Both the position numbers and the translations under genes were made by a program. A stretch of DNA of 64,000 nucleotides, taken from IMG/VR virus record IMGVR_UViG_3300034375_010899, positions 6,310-70,309 of that record. One strand, 5' to 3'. This document shows positions 14,546-26,500 of the stretch, piece by piece. Numbering within the stretch: the first letter of the stretch is position 1; every line of letters starts with the position of its first letter. Below the pieces are notes generated by a model. The model made no database searches. It saw nothing but the letters and a program-made list of their open reading frames with translations, and had not been told where the DNA came from. Origin of the DNA: a virus.

Positions 14546-17500
14546 ATGCAAAGCACAAGAGTTAAAATTAGTAATGTTGTAAAGAATCAACTCCCAAATT
14601 TTGTTAGGGAGACTTACCCTTTAGTTGAAAAACTATTCCAAGAATATTACGCTGGATTAGAATATCAGGGTGGTGTACTGGACATACTTCAAAATATTGA
14701 TAAGTATGTAAAACTTGACAATATTGCATCTCTAATTGAATATACGGAATTAACTCAAGATATTTCTTTTGCTGATGATAGTATTCGCGTATCTAGTACT
14801 AGAGGATTTCCTGATAGTTATGGATTGATTCAAATCGATTCTGAGGTTATTTTATACAAGTCAAAAACATATAATACATTTAATGATTGTGTTAGAGGTT
14901 TTAGTGCGATTACCTCATATGAAGATGGTCTAGATTTTCAAAAAACTAATGCAAGCGATCATTTAAATTCTGCATCTGTCAAAAATTTAAATATTTTATT
15001 CTTAAATGAGTTCTTTAAGAAAATAAAAACTCAATTTGCACCAGGATTTGAGAATAGAAAGTTTTTTTCTAGCGATACTCTAAGCGTAAATAAAAATCTT
15101 TTGATCAAACAGTTAAAAGATTTTTATACTTCTAAAGGAACTGATGCTTCCTATAAAATTTTATTTAAAGCATTATTTGGGGATGATGTTAAAGTCATCA
15201 AACCAAGAGATTATTTGATTAGACCTTCAGATGCTCAATATAGAATTAATCAGGAATTAGTTATTGAAGCAATTGAAGGAGATCCAAAAGACTTAGTTAA
15301 TACTACAATTTTCCAAAATACTCTATCAATTGATGGTGAAGAATTTATATCCTCTGCATATGGAACTGTAAATAAAGTTGAAACAATTACAAGAAAGGAT
15401 AAAACTTACTATACCATAGGTCTTGACTTTGATTTCAATAAAGATATTAATCTTAGAGGATCGGTCTATGGTGAATTTGTTATCGGTCCAAAAACTATTA
15501 TTTTGGAAAGAATTGACATCGGATCTTCGTCAATTACCGTAGATTCTACATATGGATTTCCAGAAACTAATGGAAAGTTGGTTGTATATTATGAAGATGG
15601 TACAACTCAACAAATCGATTATCAAAGAAAAAATTTGAATCAGTTTTTGGGTTGCTCTGGAATCAATAGAAATATTGATTCTAAAACGGAAATTTACTTG
15701 GATTATGTTTGTGAAGGTGGATTAACGGTTGGTAATGATGAAAATCCAATTAAGTTTAGAATTACTGGAGTTTTATCAGATCCTGTAGTTGATAAAAATT
15801 CTCGTTATATTGTTCCTGGAAATAGAATAAATTTAAGAACTTTAGGAAAAGATATTAAAGATCCTCAATTTAACTGTTGGAGATTGAATATATCACCATC
15901 TTATAAAATAAAAAATTTATCATTAATCAATACACTAAACAATATTTTTAGAGTTCAATTAAGTGACAAACATCTTTTCAATTTGGGAGATGGTGCAAGA
16001 TTAATATCAACTTCCGGATTGCTTAATGAGTATAAAGCTGTAGTTGAATCCATTGTCGATGATTTTTCTATAAATGTTTCATTGCCATTTAATTTTGATT
16101 CTACGCAAGAATATAATATTGAAAGAGAAATTTCTAAATTCACTTACAATTATAATTCTGAAGTATTTGATAATAATGATATCTACATTACTGACACTCA
16201 AAATACTTATAGAGATTCTGGTGGAAGTTTATATCTTGCATCACAATCTTTACCAAAATATGGAAAGGAATCATTAATTATTACTGATGATACTGTTGTT
16301 TTGGGTGAAGATTTCTTTATTAGTGAAGAACAAAACCCAAGCAATCCTCAAATTTTAGATAAGGTTTTAAATATTGGAAAAAATGCCTTTGTTACTGGGG
16401 ATGCTTTGTATTATCAAAGTGGAGAAGGAGTCAATTCTTTAAATATTGCAAATGGAGTTTACTATGTCAAAGCATTGGGTACATTTAGTAATTCCACAAA
16501 AATAAAACTTTCAAGTAGTAGAAGTAATCTTGATAATAATATTTTTATTGATGTTTCAGTAAATTCTCCAACTTCTAAACTTACTGGAAATCAGAATAAA
16601 ATATTTAAGTCTACCAATGAATTAATATTTTTCCAAAATCAAAGTGAAAATTCTAATCAGAATTTTTCTAGAAAAATTTCTCCAAAAAATATTTTCAAAA
16701 AAGTATCTTCTCCAGAAATACCTAAAGAAAAAACTTTAACACCTTCGGGAACTATTGGCGTTTTGGCAAATGGAGTTGAGATTGCTAATTATAAGTCAAA
16801 TGATTTTATATATTATGGATCTATACAAAAAATTGATGTAAAGTCTTTGGGTTCTGGATATGATGTAATAAATCCACCAATTTTAAATATTTCTGACAAA
16901 TCAGGAACTGGAGCTTCTGTAATATCTCATGTTCAAGGATTTTTGGAAAAAATTGACGTTTTAGGGGGTGGTTTTGATTGGGATGGAATTCCTGAAATAA
17001 AAATATCAGGAGGAAATGGATTTGGTGCAATAGCAATTCCTGAAATGACAGTTTTTGATCATTTTGTAGAATTTGTTGCAAATACTAATCAAATAGATGT
17101 TACGACTGCAACTCCAACATCAGGAAATATAACTTTTAGTATAAAACATAAATTTTATGAGGGTGAAAGAATTTTATATGATTACACCGACGCTCCTCTT
17201 GAAGGATTGGAAAGAGAAATTGATTATTTTGTTTCTCCGGAAACAGATTTTACTCTAAAGGTATATAAAAACTTTACAGATTCTATTAATAGAGAAAATG
17301 CAATTGAGTTTGAATTAGATTCTCTTGCTTCAGGAAAGCACTTTTTGAAAAGTGCTAACAAAAAATCAACTATAGGTTCTATAAAAATTACAAGAACCGG
17401 AGAAAATTATACCAATAAAAAGATCGTATTTTCAAATTCGAATGTAGATTTATATAAAAATTCTATAAAAATTGAAGATCATGGATATAAAACGGGAGAG

Positions 17501-20500
17501 GTTATAGTATATAATTCTAGTGGATCTCCCATATCTGGATTATCAACAAATACAGAATATTATGTAAATGTAATAAATTCTAACGAATTTAATTTGTGTG
17601 GAATTAATACAGTTCCAGGAAATCCGCCAGATTTCAACTTAAAAAGAAGTATTTTTGTAAACTTTGAAAATTTTGGTTCTGGTTCTTATGAAATAAACTA
17701 TAGACCAATAAGAGTTGATATTGTTGGTAATTTTAAGAATAAGTCTTTACCTCTTGATGATATTAAACCAAATATTATTCCCGCATTTAGGGGTTCTATT
17801 GTATCGACTTGCATCGAAAATTCTGGTTTAAATTATGGTTCTTCTGATATATTAAATTATAACAGACAGCCAAATATTGAGGTTAGAAATGGTTCGGGCG
17901 CTGAGTTGAAAGCAATTATTTCAAATGGACAAATAAAGAGAGTATTGATTGTTAATGGTGGTTCATTTTACAATTCAACTCCTACTATAGAAATACAAGG
18001 TGAGGGGAGTGGGGCAAAACTAGTACCAATTATTTCCAATGGAAGAATTGTTGAAGTAAATGTAATTTCTGAAGGTATAAACTATAAAACCAATGGAACA
18101 CTTTTAAATGTTATTTCTTCAGGTTCTGGCGCTTCTTTTGATGCGGTAATTCAAAAGTGGAATGTCAATTCTGTTGAAAGAGCAATTCTGAAAAAGCAAA
18201 TATTGAATAATGATGTATTTTTACTTGATACTAAAAATGAATATGGCGAAAGAATTACTCAAATAACTCATTCATATGCTCCAAGAAGACTAAGAGAAGA
18301 CTTACTTGTTTCTAAAAGAATTGGTGGTAATGATTTTTATAAAAAAGATCTTGAGATTGTTGATGGAAGAGAATCTATAACATCAGAATATCACTCTCCT
18401 ATTATTGGGTGGGCATATGACGGAAATCCAATTTATGGTCCATTTGGATTTGCAAATCCTTCTGGTGGAGGTTCAATTAAAAAATTAAGTACAGGTTATC
18501 GAACAATATCTGGTACAAATAGACCAAGTTTGAATGATTTTCCTTTAGGATTTTTTGTTGAGGACTATGTTTTTGTTGGAGATGGTGATCTTGATGATTA
18601 TAATGGAAGATTTTGTGTAACACCAGAGTTTCCAAATGGAATATATGCATATTTTTCATCTTTGGGTGGATATGATGCTCAATTCAGCACAACTTACCTT
18701 AGACCTAGTTTCCCATATTTTATTGGAAATTATTTTAAGTCGAAAGTAATAGACTTTAATTTTGATATAAGTGCAAATCAAAATATAATTTCATTTGAAG
18801 AAAATCAACTTATAAGAAATACAAACCAATACAATTTACTTAGCGATACTTCTACTTATAATTACATTTTTAATCCAATTGAATATGAAAATCAACTGAA
18901 TAGTGTTTCTAGAACTCAAAGAGGTATAATTGAAACAGTTGATGTCATATCTGGTGGAGAAAATTATAAGGTAGGAGATATTATAGAATTTGGTGAAGAT
19001 GAAAATGGGAATAAATCTTTTGCCGAGGTTTCTGAAGTAAAGGGTAAGGACGTTACTTCGATTATATTGGATTCATTTGGAATAGAGAATGTTGAATTTG
19101 GGACATCAAATAATAAAAACACTATTATTGGAATATCCTCTTCACCACATGGTTTAAACGATAATGATGTTGTAAATATTATTGGTCTGAATGAACTCCT
19201 TACAAATAAAGAAAAAAACGTAACGTCTATTGTTGATGTTACCTCAAATAGACTTGTATTAAATCAAGAACTTGGAGTGTCTACTCCAAATGAATCTGAA
19301 AAAATAACAGTTGTTGGCAATTTAAAGCCAACAGCAATTAGATCTAATGATGTATATAAGATATTTAATGGAAATGATGTAGAATTTTTCAAAATCTTAA
19401 ATGTAGACCCAATAAATTCTCAAATTAGAGTTTTGAGAAGTGGTGTTACAACATCATATCCTTCGGGAACCAGTCTTATTGAAGACCCTAGAGTTATTAG
19501 TGTTTCATCTGTTGATAATAACTCAACAATTACATATTCTGGAGAAAAGGATTATCCCGTAAATAAAGAATTATATTTTAATCCAGAAATTTCTGTTGGT
19601 GTTGGAACTACTACAACAAATGCATTTATTGAAAAAAATTCATCAAACTACCAATGCGGAATTTCTTCTGATAGTTTAGTTGCAAATGATCCAAATTTTA
19701 AAGTTGGTTTGGTGTTTAACAATTTAACAAATGTATCTGCATTTAGAGTTGGAGATTATGTTTCTCTGACAGGATCTACAGATACTACTTTCAATTCAAT
19801 AATTGATAAGATAAAAGTTCTTAATGTTGGTATAAATTCAATTGTTTTAGATTATAATGTATCTTCCCTTACTACTGATCAAATAATTTCAATTGCGGGT
19901 TCTGGTGTTACTTCTTATGTAGATAAATGGATTACTAGAAGCATTCCTTCAAGAAGTATATACTTAAAGGACCACAGAATTAAGACTGGGGATAGGTTAT
20001 TATACAAAAATAATGGTGGATCATCAATTTTAGTAAGTGGTCCCGTTGCTTTAGATGATTTTGATAATCTTTATGCATATGCATTTGATGAAAATCATAT
20101 TGGAATTTCTACACAATATGTTGGTTTGAGTACAACAGGAGAATATTTAAATCCAGAAACTAATGAGTCGTTATTATATTTTGTATCTTCGGGAACTAGA
20201 GATTATCATAGCTTTAGAACTGATTTGGAAGTTCAAAAAGGTATTTTGACTAGAAATATTGCTAGAGTAAATACTTCATCAGATCCATCACTATTTTACA
20301 ATGAAAATATTTTTGTCAATCTTAAATCGAATGAACAAATAAGTGTAAAAGTAAAATATAATGATGCAAATAGAAGACTAGTATTTAATCCCAAATCTTA
20401 TAATAATACCAACCTCGATAAAAATACATTAATTATTAATAATCATGGTTACTTTACAGGACAAAAGATTATTCATAATACATTATCTCCAACAGACCTT

Positions 20501-23500
20501 GAGAATGATAAAATTTATTATGTTGTTGTGGAAAATGAAAATGAATTTAAATTATCACTTACATATGAGGAGTCTATTAGAAGGAATCCAGTAGTTATTG
20601 ATCTTACAACTCCATTATTTGGGGAAATATCCGAAGTTAATCCAAACATAAACCTTTATAGAAATGATACTGTCAATTTTGATTTGACCGATTCTTCACT
20701 TTCTTTCATAAGCAATCAATCAAGTGTTCCTGCATTTGACTTTGACATTTATGAAGATGAAAATTTCTTGCAAAAGTTTTTAAAGACTAAAGATGATTCA
20801 TCTTTTGAAGTAACTAAAACTGGTGTTATAGGAGTTACAAATAATGCAAAAGTAACTTTATCAATAAATGACACCACACCTAAAAAATTATATTATAAGC
20901 TTACACTAGTTAATACTTCATTAAGCGTTCCAATTTCAAAAACTGAATATAGAATTGATGATGATAATATTAAAGAAAATAGCACAATAACTATTTTGGA
21001 TAGTGTATATTCTGGTCATAATAAAGTTTCTTTTACAGGAACTTCATTTTTTGATTATTTCTTAAAAAAGAAACCTGAAAAATCTTTTTATTCTGGAACA
21101 AATGCATCTATTTTATATACTACAGACTCTTATTCAACTCTTGGGGAAATAACAAAAGCTTCTGTTCTTTCTAGAGATAGAAAGTACAGAGTTTTGCCAG
21201 GAATTACTTCTATTACCTCTAAAACAGGTACAGGTGCATTATTATTCCCATCCAGTAATAAGATTGGATCTGTGGCAAAAGTAGATCTTAAGAATATCGG
21301 ATTTGATTATAGTGTTGACTATAGTTTACGTCCCACTGGAAATCTTCCTCAATTGATTAATGTTGAGCCTTTAAGTATTTTTGAAAGTATTAAGGTTGTT
21401 TCTACTGGTAAGGATTATACTCTTACTCCAAATCTAGTCGTTATTGATGGGTTGTCTGGAAAGGTCGATACTCAATCTGAGTTAAAATTTGTTCCTGAAG
21501 AAGTTAAGGTTGAAATAATTCAAAATAGTTCTGGATTGTTTAATAAAACTCCTATAATTATTCCAATTAACAATTCCAATGGAATTACTGTAAGTTCTGT
21601 AAGTTACGTTCCTGAAGATAAGATTTTAACATTTACTTTAAATCAAGGGTTTAGTTCAACTGCAGATTTTCCTTTCGATGATGGAGATAGAGTTCTATTA
21701 GAAAACTTCAAAGTAAATGATGTCAATGTAGATCCAATAACAAATGAAGTAACCTTTAATGAAAATGTTAAGGGAATTAATTCTTCAAATTATAATTATG
21801 CATTATTCACAGTCAGTAATGTTGCTAAGGGTATTGGTGGAAATGTTTCTAGATTTTCTATTGATATGTCAGAATATCTTGAAGGAGATGAAATTCCTGG
21901 AGAATATAGACCTGTAAATACGTTTGGATATTTTGTTCCAGAAAAATATTTCCCAACTTTTAATATAACTCTTCAGAAAAATAACTTTATTCTTGGAGAA
22001 GAGGTATTTACTTCTAGTGGATTTACTGGAATAGTAGAATATTGGGATAGAGACAATGAATTTGTAAGCGTTCTTTCTGGGGATAAATTTATAACTGGTG
22101 ACAGAATTACGGGAAGAACATCAAATTTGAGTGGAATAGTTGGAAAAGTTCAGTTCTATGATGCAGAATATAAGGTTGGGTCTTCTTCCGTGGTATCTAG
22201 AGGATGGGATACCAGAGTTGGATTCTTGAATGATAATACTCAAAGAATACAAGATAGTTTTTACTATCAATATTTCTCATATGACCTGAAATCAAAAACT
22301 CAGTTTTCTGAATGGCAAGATGCTGTATCAAGTTTAAATCATGCTTCCGGATTTAAAAAGTTTTCAACTTTTGAAGTTGAATCTACACCAGATGAAGTAA
22401 ACAGAACTTCAATTTCATATTCCGAATTGAACTCAGTTTCTGATATATTCTCAATTGTTGATATCAATTCATATGTTGATTTTGATATGGTTTCAGAAAA
22501 TACATACCTTCTTGATGGTAGAACTGTATCTGACCAAGTGGTATTTAATACAATACCTGTTCAAGACTATGCAGAATCTATTAATAATAGAGTTTTGGTG
22601 ATTGAGGATATTAGTAGTCAATTTAATAATGTACCAAGAGATGAGAGATTTGTTGTTGTTGACAAATTCCCAATATTCCAGACTAGATATAGAAAATACT
22701 TTGCATATGTTAAAGATAAACTATTCTTTAATGAAAGGCAATTTGGTTTAATTTCTTTAATTCATGATGATTTGGAAGGTTATATTGGACAATATGGTCA
22801 AGTAGAAACTTTTGGGGAGTTGGGGACATTTGAATTTAGAATTAGAGGATTCTTTGGAGAAATTACATTCAATCCATTTGACTTTGAATTTAATGATTTT
22901 GATATTGAACTTGTATCTTATAGTTTATTTGATACATTTGTTGGATTGGGGTCAACTTCTCAAGAAACTTATTCTTTAGGTACAGTTGTTACTTTTACAA
23001 ACCAAACTGCATCAATTTCCGCCGGAACCACATCTGCAATTGAAATTGCTAGAGTTGGAACTGAATACAAAGCAAATAAATTGCTGACAACATTAAATGA
23101 TGAAAATGGTGATTATAGAGAATCTGTGGAACTTAATATTGTTAGTGATGGTAATGATGTTTATATAACAGAATATGGAAAATTATTTACAAAAGCATTA
23201 AATCCTCCAATTGGATATGCGGCATATTCTGCAAGAATTTCTGGAGACGATATTATCGTAGAAGCAACTCCTTCAGTATCTTATGGTGCCACACTAGAAG
23301 TTAATACGGTATCAACCTCCATTGATACTGACTTTGATGCTATTGATACAGATCTTCTAGTTCTTTCAAATACTAGACTTGAAAGTGGAATTGTAAATAT
23401 TGGAATAACAACAAATACTGCTGAAGTTCATCGTCATAATAGAGTTTATGGTGGAGCATATTATTATGCTGTTGTCACTTCAAATTTTGGAGGATTTAAT

Positions 23501-26500
23501 TCAAAACTCCAAGCTCTTGAAATTGTAACTGTTAATAATGATTCTGATGCATATATTACTGTTTATGGTAGTGTTTTAAATGATCCAACCGTAAATACAC
23601 TTGGAGATTTTAGTGTTTCCGTTTCCGGTAAAAATTGCATATTATCATTTACACCTGCAGTTGCTGGTGAAAATATTGCTATTAAGTTTTTCTATCAAGG
23701 CGTTAAGACTATTACGGAAAATCCAGAAAATCCTGATGAATTGATTTTAGATTTAAATGAATCACAAATTAATTCATATACCACGGATTATATTGGAACT
23801 CAGAATGAAATTAAAAGAAAGTTTGATTTATTCTATGATGGATATCCTATTTTAAGAAGAACTTTTAATGCATCAAGTTTTACATCAGTTGATCTTAATA
23901 ATGATAAGTTGATTATTCCAAATCATTACTTCAGTACTGGTGAAGAAGTTACTTATGATACTAATGGTGATGATCCAATTGGAATTGCTTTAACTTCAGT
24001 TCCTGGAATAGGATTGACTGATATACTACCTACAAAACTTTACATTATTAAAGATAATAATTTAAGTGTTAGAGTCGCAGCTTCTGCATCTCAAGCACTA
24101 AAATCTGTTCCAGATTATCTTGATTTGATTTCATATGGAACAGGAACAACTCATACTTTAACTGGAAAAAGAGGGAATGAAAGATCATTAATTACTATTG
24201 ACAATATGATCCAATCTCCTATAGTTTCAACTTCATTTGAAACTACTTTGGCAGAACCTTTGGGTCTAAAAGATGTTAGGGTAAAAGTTACAAATCCAGA
24301 TGTTTTTGTTGGTGGTGACGTATTTAGAGTTGATGATGAAATACTCCGCGTTAAAGTTGTTGGATTTGGTGCAACTAATACATTATTGGTAAATAGATTC
24401 TGGTTGGGAACATTGCCATCCACTCATGATATTGGTGCTGGATGTACAAAATATTCTGGAGATTATAATATTGTTGATAATACAATTCATTTTTATGATG
24501 CTCCATATGGTAAAGTTCCCATCACACCAAAAGATCCTAAACCAGATGAGGTTGATTTTGTAGGAATTTCGACAAGTTCATCTTTCTCTGGAAGGATATT
24601 TAATAAATCAGGTCAAATTAATGGATTGAGTCCAACATATTCCGATAATGTTTTAGTTGATGATATTTCCGAGCAGTTTACTGGTATTAGAAGTGAGTTT
24701 ACACTAACATCAACCGATCCAGCTCTCAGCGGAGTTTCTACTTCGAATTTATTTGTTCTCATTAAAAATATTCTACAGATACCTTTTGATGAACAGAGAA
24801 ATATAGATGGAGCATTTACTTTAGGTCAAACTCCTGGTGGAGATCCAACAATAATATTCAAACAATCTCAAGAAGTTTCTAATCTTGAAGATATAAATTC
24901 AACAAATTTACCTTCTGGTGGAATAATAGTCAGTACTGGATCAACATTTGGGCATGGATATCAGACATTGAGGACTCCAGGAGCATCAGTTACTATTGAT
25001 AACACTGGATCAATTTCGAATATAACAATCGGATCAACTGGAAGTGGTTATAGATTGGTTGATGGGAAGGAAATTTTTGTTACTACTTCAACAATTTCTT
25101 CTTCCGGTTCAAATATATTAACTATAAACGAAGAAAGAAGTTTGTTTGATAAACTTCCATATTCATCAAGACCTTTATGCAGTACTGGAATAGGAACTAT
25201 TTGCAATGATTTGGAAATCTCATCATACGATCCTATTACTTCTACTATTACACTATCTGATAATTTGGATGAAGATATTCCTTCAGGTTCTATAGTTTCT
25301 ATAAAATTAACTGAATTGACTTCTGAAATTGTAGATATTGGAATTAGAACTGAAAGTACTGTAGATTATGATGTAAACTATATTGGATTTACCACGGTAA
25401 TTTCCGGTTCAATTTCAACAAATATAAATTTTGTCAATCCTGGAATATCATTTACTAGTTTTTATGATGTATTTGAAACTTTATCTTCAGAACCATCATC
25501 TATTGGTTCTACTGTAGTTTATGTAAACACTGTAAGAAATATAAACAATATAAACAATTATATTTCAATAAACAATGATAAAAATGTAAAAATTGTGGGA
25601 ATTGGAAATACTTTTATAACTATAGATACTCCATTAACTTCCAATATTTTATCTAATGAAAAGGTAACTATAAGAAGATTTTCTCCTCCAGAAATTGTAT
25701 TTGATTCTCCAATAGGATATTATGAAATTCCGTTAATTTATAGTTCAACTTCACCTTCTATTGGAATAGGAACTGGAGCAAAAATTAATTTGGTTGTTGG
25801 AGAGGAAGGCAGAGTTATTGACTTTAAATTTACAAATAATGGATATGGATATAGACCATTTGAGGTATTGACTGTACCAACTGGAGGACTAACTGGAATA
25901 CCTCTTGATCAGTCAACTGCATTTGAAGAATTCAAATTGTTTATCGATGATGTATATGATACAAAATTCTCTGCTTGGTCTATAGGAGATTTGCAAGTTA
26001 TTGATAATTTTGATGATTTATTTGATAATTCTAGAAGAGTTTTCCCAATCAAAATTAATGGTGAGCAAAAATCAATTAGAGCTAAAAAAGGTTCTAACAT
26101 TGATATTCAAGCAGTATTATTAGTTTTATATAATGACATTTTACAAGTTCCAGGAAAGGGATATACTTTTACTGGTGGAAGTATTATTACTTTCCCCGAA
26201 GCTCCCAAATTTGGAGACACTGTTTCCATAATATTCTATAGAGGAAATGGTGACACTGATGTTGTAGATGTTGATGTATTAGAGTCGGTAAAAATTGGAG
26301 ATTCTATATTCATTACTAGTGACGATAAGAAACTCATTCAAAATGAAAGAATTGTTTCAGATGTTGTATCTTCTGATTTTGTAAACACATTAATTTATAA
26401 TGATAGGGGAATAAGTAATGACTTTGAATTACTTAGACCAATAACTATCGCAAAACAAACTGAAGATTTTGTTATTGATAATCAATTTATTGGTAAAGAT